A stretch of 64,000 nucleotides of DNA from an uncultured delta proteobacterium (GTDB taxonomy: Bacteria; Desulfobacterota; Zymogenia; Zymogenales; Zymogenaceae). Every line of letters starts with the position of its first letter. Position 1 is the first letter of the stretch. The notes below the pieces were generated by a model, which saw only the letters and a program-made list of their open reading frames with translations, had not been told where the DNA came from and made no database searches. Both the position numbers and the translations under genes were made by a program. The stretch is taken from assembly GCA_963792965.1 (NCBI GenBank), contig CAWBYW010000009.1, positions 273,283-337,282 on the forward strand. Reading direction: 5' to 3'. Of this stretch, positions 31,332-46,639 are shown in pieces.

Positions 31332-31982
31332 TTATTTCCCCAATACCGTTGTTATCGAATTGAATATATCCTTAATGCCGCCTGTCCCGGGAATGCTTCT
31401 CAAGAGTCCCGTTCCCTTATAATAGGCGATGAGGGGTTCGGTTTGCTGCTTGTAGACCTTCAGGCGCGACATGATCGTTTCTTCTTTATCATCGTCTCTC
31501 TGGTAGAGCTCTCCGCCGCACTTGTCGCAGACGTCGCCTTTCTTGGGCGGCTCGAACTTGACGTGATACATGGCACCGCACGACCTGCAGGTCCTTCTTC
31601 CCGTCAGCCTCGTGAGAAGGTCTTTCTCATCCACCTCGATGGAGATAACGTGGGTCAGACTGTCGGTCATCTTCTTAAGAATATCATCGAGCGTCTTGGC
31701 CTGGTTCACGGTGCGGGGGAATCCGTCGAGGATATAGCCAGCCTTGCAGTCCGGCTCTTTGAGCCGCTCCCGCACCAGGCCGATAACGACGTCATCGGGG
31801 ACTAAGTTTCCCGCGTCCATGTATTTCTTTGCCTCTTTACCGAGGTCCGTGCCCGCGGCGGCCGCCTTTCTGAGGATGTCACCGGTCGAGATCTGCGGGA
31901 TGCCGTATTGCTCCACCAGCATTTTGGCCTGGGTGCCCTTTCCGGCACCGGGAGGTCCTAACAACACCAGATTCTTTTTCAT
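31332..31982 (-). CDS. adk: Adenylate kinase (Zn-lid type)
   Basis: GPPGAGKGTQA, LDGFPRT, CRSC...CDKC lid. Confidence 0.98.
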   Translation of the reverse strand: MKKNLVLLGPPGAGKGTQAKMLVEQYGIPQISTGDILRKAAAAGTDLGKEAKKYMDAGNLVPDDVVIGLVRERLKEPDCKAGYILDGFPRTVNQAKTLDDILKKMTDSLTHVISIEVDEKDLLTRLTGRRTCRSCGAMYHVKFEPPKKGDVCDKCGGELYQRDDDKEETIMSRLKVYKQQTEPLIAYYKGTGLLRSIPGTGGIKDIFNSITTVLGK

Positions 31983-32158
31983 CGCTCGTTCCAATCCTTA
32001 TCCGTTCAACTGAACTCGTATAAAGAAGACATTCCACGCGGCCCTCGGCCGCTTCTATCTTATCCTGATCTATACGTTACGGGAATCTCTCCCCTCTCTC
32101 TTTCGCGTACAAATGTTCCGGCTCACACGTGTGCCACCCCCGGCCGTCTTCCGCGGCG

Positions 32159-33493
32159 TTACGCGCGTCTTCCCCTGATCCTTCCCTTCTTGAGGAATCC
32201 CTCGTAATTTCGCGTGATCATGTGTGTCTCGATCTGTTGGGCGGTGTCCAGCGCAACACCCACGACAATCAACAAAGCCGTGCCGCCGAAGTAAAACGGA
32301 ACCTGGAAATAGGCGACCAGAAACGTCGGCAGAACGCAGACCGCCGAGACATAGAACGCCCCGACCAGCGTGATTCTGGTGAGCACCTTATCGATATATT
32401 CGGACGTCCTTTTGCCCGGCCGGATCCCGGGAATGAATCCGCCGTATCGTTTCATGTTATCGGCCACATCAACCGGGTTGAAAGTGACGGCCGTATAGAA
32501 ATAGCAGAAGAATATGATCAGCACCACGTAACAGACGTTATAGACAAGATGCGTCGGGTAAAACGAGTTTGCCAGCGTACTGAGCCACGGGTGCGCATCC
32601 TTCAAATCGGCCGGTAGAAAGCCCGATATCGTCAGCGGGAACATGAGTATCGACGAGGCGAAGATAGGCGGAATAACGCCCGAGGTGTTGATCCTCAACG
32701 GCAAATGCGTGCTGGACCCGCCGTACATCTTGCGCCCCACCACCCGCTTGGCATATTGGACCGGGAGCCTCCTTTGCCCCCGCTCCATAAAGATAATCGC
32801 GGCAACCACCAACACCATCGCCGCAATGATCGCCAATACCACCAGTATGCCGATCTGGTTGGACTGGATGGTGACAATCCACTCGATGATCGCCGCCGGC
32901 ATCCGCGCCACGATTCCGGCAAATATGATGAGCGAGATGCCGTTTCCGATCCCCCGCTCGGTAATTTGCTCGCCCAGCCACATGATGAAGGCGGTGCCCG
33001 CGGTCAGCGTAATCATCGTCATGAGGCGGAAGGACCAGCCCGGATCAAGGACGACCGGATCGCCGATGGGCGACTGCATCTGCTCCAACCCGAAGCTGAT
33101 ACCGAAGGCCTGGATAGCGGAAAGGATAACCGTCCCATAACGGGTATACTGGGTGATTTTCTTCCTCCCCGATTCCCCTTCTTTACTCAGTCGCTCCAGA
33201 TGGGGGATGACGACCGTCAGAAGCTGCAGGATGATCGACGCACTGATATAGGGCATGATCCCGAGGGCAAAGACCGAGAGGTTTCTCAATCCGCCGCCTG
33301 AGAACATATCGAAAAACCCAAAGAGCGTCCCCTGGGCATTCTTGGGCTCGAAGAAGGACGCCAGCGCCTGGGTGTCGATTCCCGGGGTCGGGATGTGCAC
33401 GCCGATCCGATAAACCGCCAGCAGGAGCAGGGAAATCAGAATTCGGTTTTTCAGCTCGGGGATCTTAAAGATATTCGTGAATCCTTGAGCCAC
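32159..33493 (-). CDS. secY: Preprotein translocase SecY
   Basis: [40 protein letters not shown]. Confidence 0.99.
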   Translation of the reverse strand: MAQGFTNIFKIPELKNRILISLLLLAVYRIGVHIPTPGIDTQALASFFEPKNAQGTLFGFFDMFSGGGLRNLSVFALGIMPYISASIILQLLTVVIPHLERLSKEGESGRKKITQYTRYGTVILSAIQAFGISFGLEQMQSPIGDPVVLDPGWSFRLMTMITLTAGTAFIMWLGEQITERGIGNGISLIIFAGIVARMPAAIIEWIVTIQSNQIGILVVLAIIAAMVLVVAAIIFMERGQRRLPVQYAKRVVGRKMYGGSSTHLPLRINTSGVIPPIFASSILMFPLTISGFLPADLKDAHPWLSTLANSFYPTHLVYNVCYVVLIIFFCYFYTAVTFNPVDVADNMKRYGGFIPGIRPGKRTSEYIDKVLTRITLVGAFYVSAVCVLPTFLVAYFQVPFYFGGTALLIVVGVALDTAQQIETHMITRNYEGFLKKGRIRGRRA

Positions 33494-33494
33494 G

Positions 33495-33932
33495 TTAAAT
33501 CACCTCCGCCTTGCCTCCGCCGGCCTCGATTTTTTCCTTGGCATTCTGTGAGAACTTATGAGCCTTAACCGTTAAGGGTTTCTTGAGCTCACCCACGCCC
33601 AGAATCTTGACCCCGTCTTTCGCCTTCTTGATCTTTCCTGACGAAATCAGCGCGGGGATATCCACCACTCCCTTGACCTCGAGCTTTTCGAGGTCCCTCA
33701 GATTGAGCAGGGCATATTCTTTCTTGAAGATATTTGTAAATCCACGTTTGGGGAGCCTCCTGGCCAGTGGCATCTGCCCGCCCTCAAACCCGGGTCGAAG
33801 CGACGGTGATGAGCGGGACTTCTGACCTTTATTCCCCTTGCCGGCGGTCTTCCCCCAGCTTGCCTCGCCCCTGCCGATCCTCTTCTTACCTTTTACCGCC
33901 CCTTTCGGGGGTTTAAGGCTTTTAAGGTCCAT
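33495..33932 (-). CDS. rplO: 50S ribosomal protein L15
   Basis: GRG...[27 protein letters not shown]. Confidence 0.98.
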   Translation of the reverse strand: MDLKSLKPPKGAVKGKKRIGRGEASWGKTAGKGNKGQKSRSSPSLRPGFEGGQMPLARRLPKRGFTNIFKKEYALLNLRDLEKLEVKGVVDIPALISSGKIKKAKDGVKILGVGELKKPLTVKAHKFSQNAKEKIEAGGGKAEVI

Positions 33933-33934
33933 AG

Positions 33935-34129
33935 CTAACTCTCCTGTACTTCCACGAGGTGAATGACCTTGTGGATCATCCCCCACGTCTCCGGCGTATC
34001 GGGAAGCTCGACGATGCGGTTCATCTTTCCCAATCCCATGGACTTGAGGATGATCTTATGTGTGAGGGGTCTTCCGATGCCGCTCCTGACCTGCTTGACC
34101 CGAACGGTCTTCTTTTTTTCCTTTGCCAT
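33935..34129 (-). CDS. rpmD: 50S ribosomal protein L30
   Basis: V.QVRS.IG, GL.K, GMI.KV.HLV; position in spc operon. Confidence 0.95.
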   Translation of the reverse strand: MAKEKKKTVRVKQVRSGIGRPLTHKIILKSMGLGKMNRIVELPDTPETWGMIHKVIHLVEVQES

Positions 34130-34132
34130 ACG

Positions 34133-34639
34133 CTACTTTACCTCTTGGCCCATCTCGCTGAGGGGCTTTCCTCTCATCTGGGCGATCGTCTCGGGGTGTT
34201 TGAGGCTCGCGAGTCCTGCAATGGTCGCTTTGACCAGATTATGGGGGTTGTGCGACCCAAGGCATTTGGTCAGGATGTTTCTTATCCCCGCCGTCTCGAC
34301 CACCGCCCTTACAGCGCCACCCGCGATGATGCCGGTACCTTCGCTGGCGGGCATCAACAAGACCCTACCGGCCCCGAATCTTCCGATCACGTCGTATGGA
34401 ATAGTCGAGCCGACGATCGGTACCTGGATCAGATTTTTCTTGGCCTTCTCGATCCCCTTTCGTATCGCGTCGGGCACCTCGTGGGCCTTTCCCATTCCCC
34501 AGCCGACACGGCCGTTGCCGTCACCAACCACGACGATAGCGGAAAACGAAAAGCGTCTCCCACCCTTGACAACCTTGGCCACCCGGTTGATGTGGACGAC
34601 CCTGTCCTGGAATTCTTGTTCTGTCGCTGTAAAAGACAT
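34133..34639 (-). CDS. rpsE: 30S ribosomal protein S5
   Basis: [24 protein letters not shown]. Confidence 0.99.
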   Translation of the reverse strand: MSFTATEQEFQDRVVHINRVAKVVKGGRRFSFSAIVVVGDGNGRVGWGMGKAHEVPDAIRKGIEKAKKNLIQVPIVGSTIPYDVIGRFGAGRVLLMPASEGTGIIAGGAVRAVVETAGIRNILTKCLGSHNPHNLVKATIAGLASLKHPETIAQMRGKPLSEMGQEVK

Positions 34640-34656
34640 CTTATTTTCCCCTCAAT

Positions 34657-35025
34657 TCAGAACTCGAGGCCCCCTTCCCGGGCGGCTTCGGCCAACGCCT
34701 GAACCCTTCCGTGATAGAGGTAGCCACCCCTATCAAAGACCACCCGTTTTATCTTCAGCTTTTTGGCCTTTTGGGCAAGCAGCGCGCCGACCTGTTTTGA
34801 GGCCTCTTTGTTGCCACCCGTCTTGAATTTCCCGGCCAAATCCTTGTCGAGGCTCGATGCGCATAAGAGCGTGGTCCCATGCACGTCGTCGATGACTTGT
34901 GCATAGATATGCCGTGCGCTCCGAAAAACCGAAAGCCTCGGCCTGTCCGGTGTCCCCTTGATTTTTAATCTGATTCTCTTTTTCCTTCTCAGCCGTCCGA
35001 AGACCCGCTTGGTTAACCTCTTCAC
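34657..35025 (-). CDS. rplR: 50S ribosomal protein L18
   Basis: [21 protein letters not shown]. Confidence 0.98.
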   Translation of the reverse strand: MKRLTKRVFGRLRRKKRIRLKIKGTPDRPRLSVFRSARHIYAQVIDDVHGTTLLCASSLDKDLAGKFKTGGNKEASKQVGALLAQKAKKLKIKRVVFDRGGYLYHGRVQALAEAAREGGLEF

Positions 35026-35036
35026 CGTATTACTCC

Positions 35037-35573
35037 TTATGCTCCGGCCTTACCGGCTTTACGCCTGATCTTCTCACCGGCGTATCGAATACCCTTGCCC
35101 TTGTACGGTTCGGGCTTTCTGATGGACCTAATGTTCGCAGCGACCTGGCCGACCTTTTGTTTATCGATCCCCTTGAGCGTGATGATGGTGTTCTTCTCGA
35201 TGGAGGCCGTGATCCCCTCCGGAAGAGGGAACCTGACCGAGTGAGAGAATCCCACGTTCAATATGACAGTGCCGCCGTCAACCTCCGCCTTGTAGCCCAG
35301 GCCGCTGATCTCCAGGACCTTGCTGATTCCCTCCGAGACGCCGACCACCATATTATTGAGGAGCGATCGGCTGAGTCCCTGGAACGACCGGGCTTTTCTG
35401 CTCTGGTCCTGGGTGACAACCAGAAGCTCGCCTCCCGCCACTTCTGCCTTCACCGCCCCAACGAGGGTCTGGTTCAGCGTACCCTTCGGCCCGACGACCT
35501 TCACGTTCGATCCCTGTACCTCGACGGTAACCCCCGAAGGTATGGTAATCGGTTTCTTTCCAATCCGTGACAT
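35037..35573 (-). CDS. rplF: 50S ribosomal protein L6
   Basis: [19 protein letters not shown]. Confidence 0.99.
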   Translation of the reverse strand: MSRIGKKPITIPSGVTVEVQGSNVKVVGPKGTLNQTLVGAVKAEVAGGELLVVTQDQSRKARSFQGLSRSLLNNMVVGVSEGISKVLEISGLGYKAEVDGGTVILNVGFSHSVRFPLPEGITASIEKNTIITLKGIDKQKVGQVAANIRSIRKPEPYKGKGIRYAGEKIRRKAGKAGA

Positions 35574-35697
35574 GGTGTACCTATTGTTATAAATCCGTGC
35601 TATTTAGGATAAGGGCTTTTCACGCAACACCCTCAAAACAATTCCCGGAGGCCGGCCCCCTCGCCCGGCCCATTGCCGGCCCTGCGCGACGCAACGC

Positions 35698-36096
35698 CTA
35701 CCAGACCTTGCAGATAACCTCGCCGCCGACCTGTATCCTCCGCGCCTCCTTATCCGTGATCACACCTCTGGATGTGGAGAGGATGGCGATCCCGTATCCT
35801 CGGAGAACGAAGGGGATCTTGTTCTTGTCGACGTATACCCGGCGGCCGGGTTTTGAGATCCGCTGGATCTTGCTGATTACACCGTCCTTGCCCCGGTCGT
35901 ATTTGAGGTGGATCCTCAGGATATTCTGCTTGTTGTCCTCCAAGACCTTATAACTTTCGACGTATCCTTCCTGTACAAGGATCTTTGCGATCGACTCCTT
36001 GATCTTCGAGAAGGGCATATCGACGATCTCAAACTTTGCGGTGACGCCGTTTCTGACACGGGTCAACATATCGGCGATCGGGTCCGTCATGCTCAT
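35698..36096 (-). CDS. rpsH: 30S ribosomal protein S8
   Basis: TDPIADMLTR.RN, SKPGRRVY, STS.G, GGE. Confidence 0.99.
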   Translation of the reverse strand: MSMTDPIADMLTRVRNGVTAKFEIVDMPFSKIKESIAKILVQEGYVESYKVLEDNKQNILRIHLKYDRGKDGVISKIQRISKPGRRVYVDKNKIPFVLRGYGIAILSTSRGVITDKEARRIQVGGEVICKVW

Positions 36097-36113
36097 AGTT
36101 CAATACCTCTCGC

Positions 36114-36299
36114 TTACCAACTCGATTTTATCACTCCGGGGATATCACCCTTTGAGGCAAGCTGCCTCAGACATATTCGGCACATATCGAACTTCCGGTA
36201 ATACCCCCTCGGCCTCCCGCAAATGGGGCAGCGATTATACCGTCTGGACGAAAATTTCTGCTTTCGCTTCGCCTTGGCGATCAGTGACTTCTTTGCCAC
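36114..36299 (-). CDS. rpsN: 30S ribosomal protein S14 (Zn-binding type Z)
   Basis: RC..CGR...CRIC.R, PGV.KSSW; 61 aa. Confidence 0.97.
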   Translation of the reverse strand: MAKKSLIAKAKRKQKFSSRRYNRCPICGRPRGYYRKFDMCRICLRQLASKGDIPGVIKSSW

Positions 36300-36314
36300 A
36301 AGACTACTCCTTTG

Positions 36315-36857
36315 TTATTGAGCGGCAAAGGGCATGCCGAGATATCCGAGGAGGGACCGGGCCTCCTGGTCCGTCTTTGCCGTAGTGACGATGGTAATGT
36401 TCATGCCCTTTATCTTATCGATCTTATCGTAGCTGATCTCCGGAAAAATGATCTGCTCCCTGATCCCGAAGGTATAGTTTCCCCTCCCGTCGAAGCCCTT
36501 CGGGGAAATCCCCCGAAAGTCCCTGACGCGCGGCAGGGCCACGTTGACGAGCCGATCGAGAAACTCGTACATCTTTTCGCGCCTGAGCGTCACCGAGCAG
36601 CCGATCGGGTTGCCCTCTCTCAGCTTGAAGTTCGCGATCGATTTACGTGCCCTCGTAATAACGGGCTTCTGTCCCGCTATGAGGGATATCTCCTCGGCGG
36701 CGCTGTCAAGTATTTTAATGTTCGACAGTGCCTCTCCCAGACCCATGTTGACGATGATCTTCGTGATCTTCGGGACCTCCATAACATTCTTGTAACTGAA
36801 GTCCTTGGTCAGACGGGAGACAATTTCCTGTTTATAATAGTCCTTCAAACGTGCCAT
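36315..36857 (-). CDS. rplE: 50S ribosomal protein L5
   Basis: [30 protein letters not shown]. Confidence 0.99.
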   Translation of the reverse strand: MARLKDYYKQEIVSRLTKDFSYKNVMEVPKITKIIVNMGLGEALSNIKILDSAAEEISLIAGQKPVITRARKSIANFKLREGNPIGCSVTLRREKMYEFLDRLVNVALPRVRDFRGISPKGFDGRGNYTFGIREQIIFPEISYDKIDKIKGMNITIVTTAKTDQEARSLLGYLGMPFAAQ

Positions 36858-36868
36858 TTCGTCACCAC

Positions 36869-37201
36869 TTACTTATCGTCGAGTATTTCGTCACAGCTTT
36901 TGCAGTACCTTGTCTTCGTACCGTCTTCCAGCTCCTTCTTTCCCACCTTGACGGGGAGGCTACACTTCGGACACACCAACATGACGTTGGAGATATGGAT
37001 TGGCCCTTCCTTTTCGATGATTCCACCCTGCCGGTGTACGGCGCTGGGCCTGACATGTCTCTTGATGAAGTTGACCTTTTCCACGAATATCTTTCCCTTT
37101 TCCCGGTCAACCTTGATGACCTTTCCCTTCTTGCCCTTATGCTTGCCCGATATCACCTGGACGGTATCGTTCTTCTTTATCCGAGTTCTTATGAGGTCCA
37201 T
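36869..37201 (-). CDS. rplX: 50S ribosomal protein L24
   Basis: KOW motif D.V.VI.GK.KGK.G.V, GGI..KE.PIH.SNV. Confidence 0.98.
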   Translation of the reverse strand: MDLIRTRIKKNDTVQVISGKHKGKKGKVIKVDREKGKIFVEKVNFIKRHVRPSAVHRQGGIIEKEGPIHISNVMLVCPKCSLPVKVGKKELEDGTKTRYCKSCDEILDDK

Positions 37202-37218
37202 TAATTCCTCCGTATCCC

Positions 37219-37587
37219 TTAGAGAACCTCTGGGGCAAGGGAAATGATCTTCATGAATCGTTTTGCTCTCAGTTCCCTGGCCACCGGGCCGAAGATCCGG
37301 GTCCCGATCGGTTCGTTCTGGTTGTTGATCAGGACCGCGGAGTTATCGTCGAACTTGATGTAGGTCCCGTCCGGCCTCCTGACCTCTTTCTTCGTCCGGA
37401 CGATAACCGCCTTAACGACGTCCCCCTTCTTGACTTTACCGGTCGGGATCGCTTCTCTGACCGAGACCGTTACCACGTCTCCCAGCGCGGCGTATTTCCT
37501 CTTTGATCCGCCCAGCACCTTAATGGTAAAGAGCTTGCGTGCACCTGAGTTATCCGCCACATTCAATAGGGTCTGCATCTGTATCAT
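37219..37587 (-). CDS. rplN: 50S ribosomal protein L14
   Basis: [26 protein letters not shown]. Confidence 0.99.
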   Translation of the reverse strand: MIQMQTLLNVADNSGARKLFTIKVLGGSKRKYAALGDVVTVSVREAIPTGKVKKGDVVKAVIVRTKKEVRRPDGTYIKFDDNSAVLINNQNEPIGTRIFGPVARELRAKRFMKIISLAPEVL

Positions 37588-37605
37588 CTGTCACTCCCGA
37601 GGGTC

Positions 37606-37863
37606 TTACAGGGCCTTCTCCAGGACCTCTTTGAGCACCCAGCGTTTATACCTGCTCAGCGGGCGGCTTTCCATGATCATGACCAGGTCTCCGATGCCGC
37701 ATGTATTTTCGGGATCGTGGGCCATATATTTCTTTCGCCTGTTGATGAATTTCTTATATTTCGCGTGCATGAACTTTCGTTCCACCTGGACCACGATAGT
37801 CTTGTCCATCTTGTCGCTTACCACCGTACCCGTGAGGGTGCGTCGCTTGCTCTGGGTCTCCAT
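37606..37863 (-). CDS. rpsQ: 30S ribosomal protein S17
   Basis: [21 protein letters not shown]. Confidence 0.98.
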   Translation of the reverse strand: METQSKRRTLTGTVVSDKMDKTIVVQVERKFMHAKYKKFINRRKKYMAHDPENTCGIGDLVMIMESRPLSRYKRWVLKEVLEKAL

Positions 37864-37880
37864 TAGTAGTCCTTCCTCTT

Positions 37881-38072
37881 CTACGTATGCTCTTTCTCTC
37901 TGATCACGGTCAGCACCCGGGCAATTTCCCTTCGGGTCTTTCCCTTCTTCCGCTTGTCTTCGAGCTGATTTGCGGCTTTCTGAAACCTTAAGTTAAAGAG
38001 CTCCTGAGATAGGGAAAGCTCCCGTTCTTTCAGTTCACCGATGGACAACTCCCTCAGTTCACTAGCCTTCAT
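37881..38072 (-). CDS. rpmC: 50S ribosomal protein L29
   Basis: [24 protein letters not shown]. Confidence 0.97.
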   Translation of the reverse strand: MKASELRELSIGELKERELSLSQELFNLRFQKAANQLEDKRKKGKTRREIARVLTVIREKEHT

Positions 38073-38484
38073 ATTCCATGCTCCTGGTCACGAACCTCGT
38101 TTCTATCGGGAGCTTATGGGCCGCCAGCCTGAATGCCTCGCGAGCCACCTCCTCGGTCACGCCCTCCATTTCATAGAGCACGCGGCCCGGCCTTATCGTG
38201 GCCACCCACTCCTCGACGGCGCCCTTTCCCTTGCCCATCCGCGTTTCGGCGGGCTTTTTGGTGATCGGCTTGTCGGGGAAGATCCGAATCCAGATCTTTC
38301 CGCCCCTCTTGATGTGCCGTGTCATCGCGATACGCGCCGCCTCTATCTGGCGCGCGCTGAGTCTGCCCGGAGCGAGCGCCTGGAGGCCGTACTCACCGAA
38401 GCTGATCGCCGATCCCCGCTCGCGGATCCCCCTCATGCGCCCCTTTTGCTGCTTTCTGTATTTGACTTTCTTCGGCATTAACAT
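38062..38484 (-). CDS. rplP: 50S ribosomal protein L16
   Basis: [24 protein letters not shown]. Confidence 0.99.
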   Translation of the reverse strand: MLMPKKVKYRKQQKGRMRGIRERGSAISFGEYGLQALAPGRLSARQIEAARIAMTRHIKRGGKIWIRIFPDKPITKKPAETRMGKGKGAVEEWVATIRPGRVLYEMEGVTEEVAREAFRLAAHKLPIETRFVTRSMEYEG

Positions 38485-38496
38485 GGTATGATCCTC

Positions 38497-39144
38497 CTAC
38501 AGCGAGCGCGCTTTATCGCCCGGTAACACCTCGCCGTTGAATACCCAGACCTTGATCCCGATAATCCCGTAGGTCGTCCGGGCGACGGCGGTGCCGTAGT
38601 CGATGTCCGCCCTGAGGGTGTGCAGGGGAACCCTGCCCTCGCGGTACCATTCCCGGCGCGCCATCTCCGCCCCACCGAGCCTCCCGGCACAGGCGATCTT
38701 GATCCCCTCAACGCCGAGCTTCAGGGCGGAAAAGACCGACTTTTTCATTGCGCGCCGGAACGACACTCGCCTCTCAAGCTGCGTGGCGACGTTCTCGGCG
38801 ATGAGCTGTGCGTTGGCCTCGGGCTTCTTGACCTCCTTGATGTTTATGGAGATATCTCCTCCCGTCAGCTTTACGAGCTCCTTCCTGATGTTCTCGATCT
38901 CCGAACCCTTCCTCCCGATGATGATTCCGGGCCTGGCTGTATATATGTTCACGGAGGCCCTGGCGGCCGCCCGCTCGATCTCTATCTTGGCGATACCGGC
39001 ATGATTAAAGTTCTTCTTTACATATTCTCGGATGGCCAGGTCGTCGTGGAGGTTCCTCTGGTAATCTTTCATACCATACCACTTGGAATTCCAATCCTTT
39101 ATGATACCCAGCCTCAGACTTATGGGATTTACCTTCTGACCCAC
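38497..39144 (-). CDS. rpsC: 30S ribosomal protein S3
   Basis: GTG start [27 protein letters not shown]. Confidence 0.98.
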   Translation of the reverse strand: MGQKVNPISLRLGIIKDWNSKWYGMKDYQRNLHDDLAIREYVKKNFNHAGIAKIEIERAAARASVNIYTARPGIIIGRKGSEIENIRKELVKLTGGDISINIKEVKKPEANAQLIAENVATQLERRVSFRRAMKKSVFSALKLGVEGIKIACAGRLGGAEMARREWYREGRVPLHTLRADIDYGTAVARTTYGIIGIKVWVFNGEVLPGDKARSL

Positions 39145-39157
39145 TGTGCTCCTCCCT

Positions 39158-39490
39158 TTACTTCTCGTCGAGGACCACGGTGATATGGCTGGTCCTCTTG
39201 AAGATGCGATTGAACCTCCCCATTGATCTCGGCCGGAACCGTTTCCACGTGGGGCCCTCATCGACGAAGATCCGGTGGACATAAAGATTGTCCACGTCGA
39301 TCTCCTTGTTCTGACCGGCATTTGCAACGGCACTGTCGATCAGCTTCTTCACGACGGTGGACGCCTTCTTATCGGTCAGGGAAAGAATATCCCTGGCCTC
39401 CCCGACACGCTTCCCCCGCACCATATCCACCACCAGCCTGACCTTGAAGGGAGAGATCCTTACAAATCGTGTCTTTGCCGTCATTTCCAT
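39158..39490 (-). CDS. rplV: 50S ribosomal protein L22
   Basis: [21 protein letters not shown]. Confidence 0.98.
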   Translation of the reverse strand: MEMTAKTRFVRISPFKVRLVVDMVRGKRVGEARDILSLTDKKASTVVKKLIDSAVANAGQNKEIDVDNLYVHRIFVDEGPTWKRFRPRSMGRFNRIFKRTSHITVVLDEK

Positions 39491-39502
39491 GGTCTTCCCC
39501 CG

Positions 39503-39793
39503 TTATCTCTTCTTGCCCCTGAGCTTCGACTTCTTGTCGGCGGCGTGGCCGAAAAATGTCCGCGTGGGCGAAAATTCCCCCAATTTGTAACCCACCATGT
39601 TCTCGGTGACAAACACGGGTATGAACTTCCTCCCGTTGTGGATCGCGATCGTCAGCCCCACCATCTCCGGGATAATCGTAGATCGCCGCGACCATGTCTT
39701 GATGACCTGGCGGTCGCCGGTGTTCTGGGAATGGGTTACCTTCTTCATCAGATGGTCGTCGATAAACGGACCTTTTTTGAGGGATCGTGACAT
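39503..39793 (-). CDS. rpsS: 30S ribosomal protein S19
   Basis: [24 protein letters not shown]. Confidence 0.99.
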   Translation of the reverse strand: MSRSLKKGPFIDDHLMKKVTHSQNTGDRQVIKTWSRRSTIIPEMVGLTIAIHNGRKFIPVFVTENMVGYKLGEFSPTRTFFGHAADKKSKLRGKKR

Positions 39794-39795
39794 AC

Positions 39796-40617
39796 TCAGC
39801 TTCTCCTCTTCACGATAAACCTATCGGTCGTCTTGTTCTTTCGTGTCTTGTGCCCCTTCGTGGGAACTCCCCAGGGTGTTACCGGGTGCCGGCCTCCCGA
39901 GGTCTTCCCCTCACCACCGCCGTGGGGATGGTCGATGGGGTTCATGGCAACACCGCGAACCTTCGGCCTCTTGCCCAGCCATCGGGAGCGCCCGGCCTTG
40001 CCTATGCTGATGTTTCCGTGATCCGCGTTCCCCACGACCCCGATCGTCGCGATACACTCTTTGCGGACCATGCGCACCTCGTTGCTGGGAAGCTTCAGCT
40101 GGACATAATCGCCCTCTTTGGCCATGAGCTGGGCCGATGCCCCTGCCGACCGCACGATCTGCCCGCCCTTTCCCGGTTTGAGCTCGATGTTATGGACCTG
40201 GGTGCCGAGGGGAATGTTCTTCAGCGGCATAGCGTTTCCGGGCTTCACCTCCGCGCTCTCGGAGACGAGTAGTTCCTCGCCGACCGAAAGGCCTTGGGGC
40301 GCGATGATATAGCGCTTCTCGCCGTCGGCATAGAAGAGCAATGCGATCCGGGCCGACCGGTTCGGGTCGTACTCGATGGAGTGGACCTTGGCCGGGATCT
40401 CGTACTTGTCCCGCTTGAAATCGATGATCCGGTAGCGCCGCTTCTGCCCGCCGCCACGCCGCCGCATGGTGATGACCCCGGCATTATTCCTCCCTCCCGA
40501 GCTCTTTGAGGGGAGGACGAGGGCCCTTTCCGGTTTCTTCTTGGTCAGATCGGAAAAATCCGCGACCTCTTGAAATCTTCGCGCGGGCGATGTGGGTTTG
40601 TATCTCTTGACGGCCAT
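39796..40617 (-). CDS. rplB: 50S ribosomal protein L2
   Basis: [25 protein letters not shown]. Confidence 0.99.
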   Translation of the reverse strand: MAVKRYKPTSPARRFQEVADFSDLTKKKPERALVLPSKSSGGRNNAGVITMRRRGGGQKRRYRIIDFKRDKYEIPAKVHSIEYDPNRSARIALLFYADGEKRYIIAPQGLSVGEELLVSESAEVKPGNAMPLKNIPLGTQVHNIELKPGKGGQIVRSAGASAQLMAKEGDYVQLKLPSNEVRMVRKECIATIGVVGNADHGNISIGKAGRSRWLGKRPKVRGVAMNPIDHPHGGGEGKTSGGRHPVTPWGVPTKGHKTRKNKTTDRFIVKRRS

Positions 40618-40622
40618 TTCAG

Positions 40623-40913
40623 TTATACCCCTTCAAAGAATTCGATCCGCTCTCCGGGTTTGAGGCGAACAATCGCCTTCTTCCAATCGGGAAGCCTGCC
40701 CGAAAAACGTCCGAGTCTCTTCATTTTCCCCCTGACCTTTATGGTCTTGACTTCCACCACCTTCTTGTTGAAGATCTTCTCGACGGCCTTTCTGACCTCG
40801 ACCTTCGTGGCCCAGAGGGGAACACGAAACGTCACCTGCTGCGCATTCTCTTTTTGGGTGTTGCTCTTCTCGGTGATGATCGGCATTAACAGAATATCGT
40901 AATTATTTTTCAT
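40623..40913 (-). CDS. rplW: 50S ribosomal protein L23
   Basis: P.ITEK, WKKAIV.L. Confidence 0.97.
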   Translation of the reverse strand: MKNNYDILLMPIITEKSNTQKENAQQVTFRVPLWATKVEVRKAVEKIFNKKVVEVKTIKVRGKMKRLGRFSGRLPDWKKAIVRLKPGERIEFFEGV

Positions 40914-41530
40914 GATAGCGCCTTGTCTATGGTTTCCAGGGCACTCCGGGTGATTACGAGGGTATCAAACCGAAGAATATCAAAGACGTTGAGCCCTACG
41001 GCCATCAGGACCTTCACCTCGCGGATATTCCGTGCGGAAAGCTCGAGGTTCCTGTCATGCTCGGCCACGACGATGAGCGACTTTTTCAGCCCCAGCTTCT
41101 CCATAATCTGGAGAAAATGTTTAGTCTTGACTTCGGGTAGATCGAACTTCTCGACGACAATGAGTTGATTATCGTTGAGCTTCTTGGCGAGCGCGGACCT
41201 GAGGGCGGCTTTCCTCACCTTCTTGGGGATCTTGTACGCATAGTCCCTCGGCTTGGGGCCGAAGATGGTGCCGCCGCCGGTCCAGAGGGGAGATCTGGTC
41301 GAGCCCGCGCGGGCGCGCCCCGTTCCCTTCTGCCGATACGGCTTTTTCCCACCGCCGGATACCTCAGCACGGGTCTTTGTGGAAGCGGTGCCTCTTCTCC
41401 TGTTGGCAAGCTGCATCCTGACGACGTCGTAAAAGAGGTGCTCTTTGATCTCACCCGAAAAAACCGACGGGTTCAGATCAATCGACGATACAACCTCTTT
41501 ATTCGAATTATAGACATCAACCTTTGGCAT
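40910..41530 (-). CDS. rplD: 50S ribosomal protein L4
   Basis: [22 protein letters not shown]. Confidence 0.99.
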   Translation of the reverse strand: MPKVDVYNSNKEVVSSIDLNPSVFSGEIKEHLFYDVVRMQLANRRRGTASTKTRAEVSGGGKKPYRQKGTGRARAGSTRSPLWTGGGTIFGPKPRDYAYKIPKKVRKAALRSALAKKLNDNQLIVVEKFDLPEVKTKHFLQIMEKLGLKKSLIVVAEHDRNLELSARNIREVKVLMAVGLNVFDILRFDTLVITRSALETIDKALS

Positions 41531-41545
41531 CGGTCCACTCCCCGT

Positions 41546-42178
41546 TTAGCTGATCCCTTTTATCAATACGATTCCGTTCTTGCCCCCCGGCACCGCACCC
41601 CGAATCAGGATGAGATTCTTTTCTCCCTTGATATCAACGATCGAGAGGTCCTTGACGGTCACCCTCGTGTCGCCGAGGTGCCCGGGAAGCTTGCGTCCCT
41701 TGAAGGTTCTCGAGGGATCCGCGCACATCCCGATAGAGCCTGGCGCCCGGTGGAAACGAGAGCCGTGGGTAGCACGGCCGCCGTGGAAACCCCATCGCCT
41801 GACGACGCCGGCAAACCCCCTCCCCTTGGAAACACCCACCACATCGACAAGGTCCCCGATCTTGAAAACCTGTGCGGCGGTGAACTCCTGTCCGGGAGTA
41901 AATTCCTCGATCTTCCCCTCGGGGACTCGAAATTCCTTGATCACCTTAAAGGCCGTGGTGCCGATCTTCTCGAACGCCCCGCGCTTGGCCTTGTTCACCT
42001 TTGCGAGGTCCTTCTTTCCGAACCCGAAGGTTACCGCGGCATATCCGTTTTTCTTGGGCGTCCTGATATCCACGACGACACACGGGCCCGCCTCAAGGAC
42101 GGTAACCGGGATGTGATTTCCCGATTCGTCGAAGACCTGCGTCATGCCCAGTTTTTTTCCGATCATTCCAGTGGTCAT
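41546..42178 (-). CDS. rplC: 50S ribosomal protein L3
   Basis: [30 protein letters not shown]. Confidence 0.99.
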   Translation of the reverse strand: MTTGMIGKKLGMTQVFDESGNHIPVTVLEAGPCVVVDIRTPKKNGYAAVTFGFGKKDLAKVNKAKRGAFEKIGTTAFKVIKEFRVPEGKIEEFTPGQEFTAAQVFKIGDLVDVVGVSKGRGFAGVVRRWGFHGGRATHGSRFHRAPGSIGMCADPSRTFKGRKLPGHLGDTRVTVKDLSIVDIKGEKNLILIRGAVPGGKNGIVLIKGIS

Positions 42179-42228
42179 ATTTCCTCCCCGCCCTTCCTGG
42201 GACCCTCGGGGGAACCGTTATGTTCCAG

Positions 42229-42537
42229 CTACAGTTTAATCTCTACGTCAACTCCGGCCGACAGATCGAGCCTCATGAGGGCATCAACGGTCTGTTGGGT
42301 CGGCTCCAGGATATCAAGAATCCGCTTATGGGTCCTGATCTCGAACTGCTCACGCGATTTCTTGTCGATATGCGGCGACCTCAGCACACAGTATTTATTT
42401 ATTACCGTGGGCAGCGGTATCGGACCCGCGACCCGGGCCCCCGTCCGCTTGGCGGTCTCGATGATCTCCCCCGCCGACTGGTCCAAGAGCTTGTGGTCGT
42501 AGGCCTTCAGCTTTATGCGTATTTTTTGAGTCGGCAT
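42229..42537 (-). CDS. rpsJ: 30S ribosomal protein S10
   Basis: [28 protein letters not shown]. Confidence 0.99.
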   Translation of the reverse strand: MPTQKIRIKLKAYDHKLLDQSAGEIIETAKRTGARVAGPIPLPTVINKYCVLRSPHIDKKSREQFEIRTHKRILDILEPTQQTVDALMRLDLSAGVDVEIKL

Positions 42538-42568
42538 GAGAACACTCCTTTACGGGACAAAGCTCCCT

Positions 42569-43768
<1,200 letters not shown>

Positions 43769-43849
43769 TTCCGTATCCTCTGTCTCTCTCTAACTATTTT
43801 CCGGGCCGCTGGCCCGTTTTCCGCTCATGCCACGACCGGCAGCATCGCG

Positions 43850-45925
<2,076 letters not shown>

Positions 45926-45946
45926 GTCTCTCTTCCTTTTTGCGAC

Positions 45947-45973
45947 AAAAAAAGCCTTGTGGAAAAGGCTTTT
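45947..45973 (-). terminator. Terminator-like hairpin between rpsG and fusA
   Basis: Minus strand AAAAGCCTT-ttccac-AAGGC followed by T7. Confidence 0.5.
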
Positions 45974-45992
45974 GATTCTCTTTTTAGGGCGG

Positions 45993-46463
45993 TTACCAGC
46001 GGTAGTGTGCGAATGCCTTATTGGCCTCGGCCATGCGGTGGGTCTCCTCCCGCTTCTTCACGGCGGCTCCCTTGTTGTTGAAGGCCTCAATGATCTCACC
46101 GGCAAGCTTGTCGCGCATCGACTTTTCCGAGCGCCCCCGTGAATAGCGGATGAGCCAGCGAATGCCGAGGGCCTCGCGCCGGTCGGACCTGACCTCGATG
46201 GGAACCTGATACGTGGAGCCACCCACCCGCCGGGCCTTCACCTCAATGATCGGCTTGATATTATCCATAGCCTTCTTGAAAACCCGAACCGGGTCGTTCT
46301 TCGTCTTATCGGCAATGATATCCATCGCATCGTAGAATATCTGCTCCGCGACGCTCTTCTTGCCCGTGTACATCAGGCTGTTGATGAACTTTGCCACAAG
46401 CCGGTCTTTGTACTTCGGGTCCGGCAGAATAACCCTCTTTGCTACTACGCGCCTTCTTGGCAT
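45993..46463 (-). CDS. rpsG: 30S ribosomal protein S7
   Basis: [29 protein letters not shown]. Confidence 0.99.
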   Translation of the reverse strand: MPRRRVVAKRVILPDPKYKDRLVAKFINSLMYTGKKSVAEQIFYDAMDIIADKTKNDPVRVFKKAMDNIKPIIEVKARRVGGSTYQVPIEVRSDRREALGIRWLIRYSRGRSEKSMRDKLAGEIIEAFNNKGAAVKKREETHRMAEANKAFAHYRW

Positions 46464-46639
46464 CTCTTTCCCTTACCAGTTCCAGATGAATGGTGACGTT
46501 TTCTTACTATCCAAAAGAAGGAGTCGGGACGGTTTCGCGGGCTCCTGACGCTGCCTTGCGCCCGAGCATCCCCGCACGCCCGTTCCCTCAAGAAAATCAG
46601 ATCACGGTAACTTTCGATTCGACTCTTTGTTTTCCTCTC

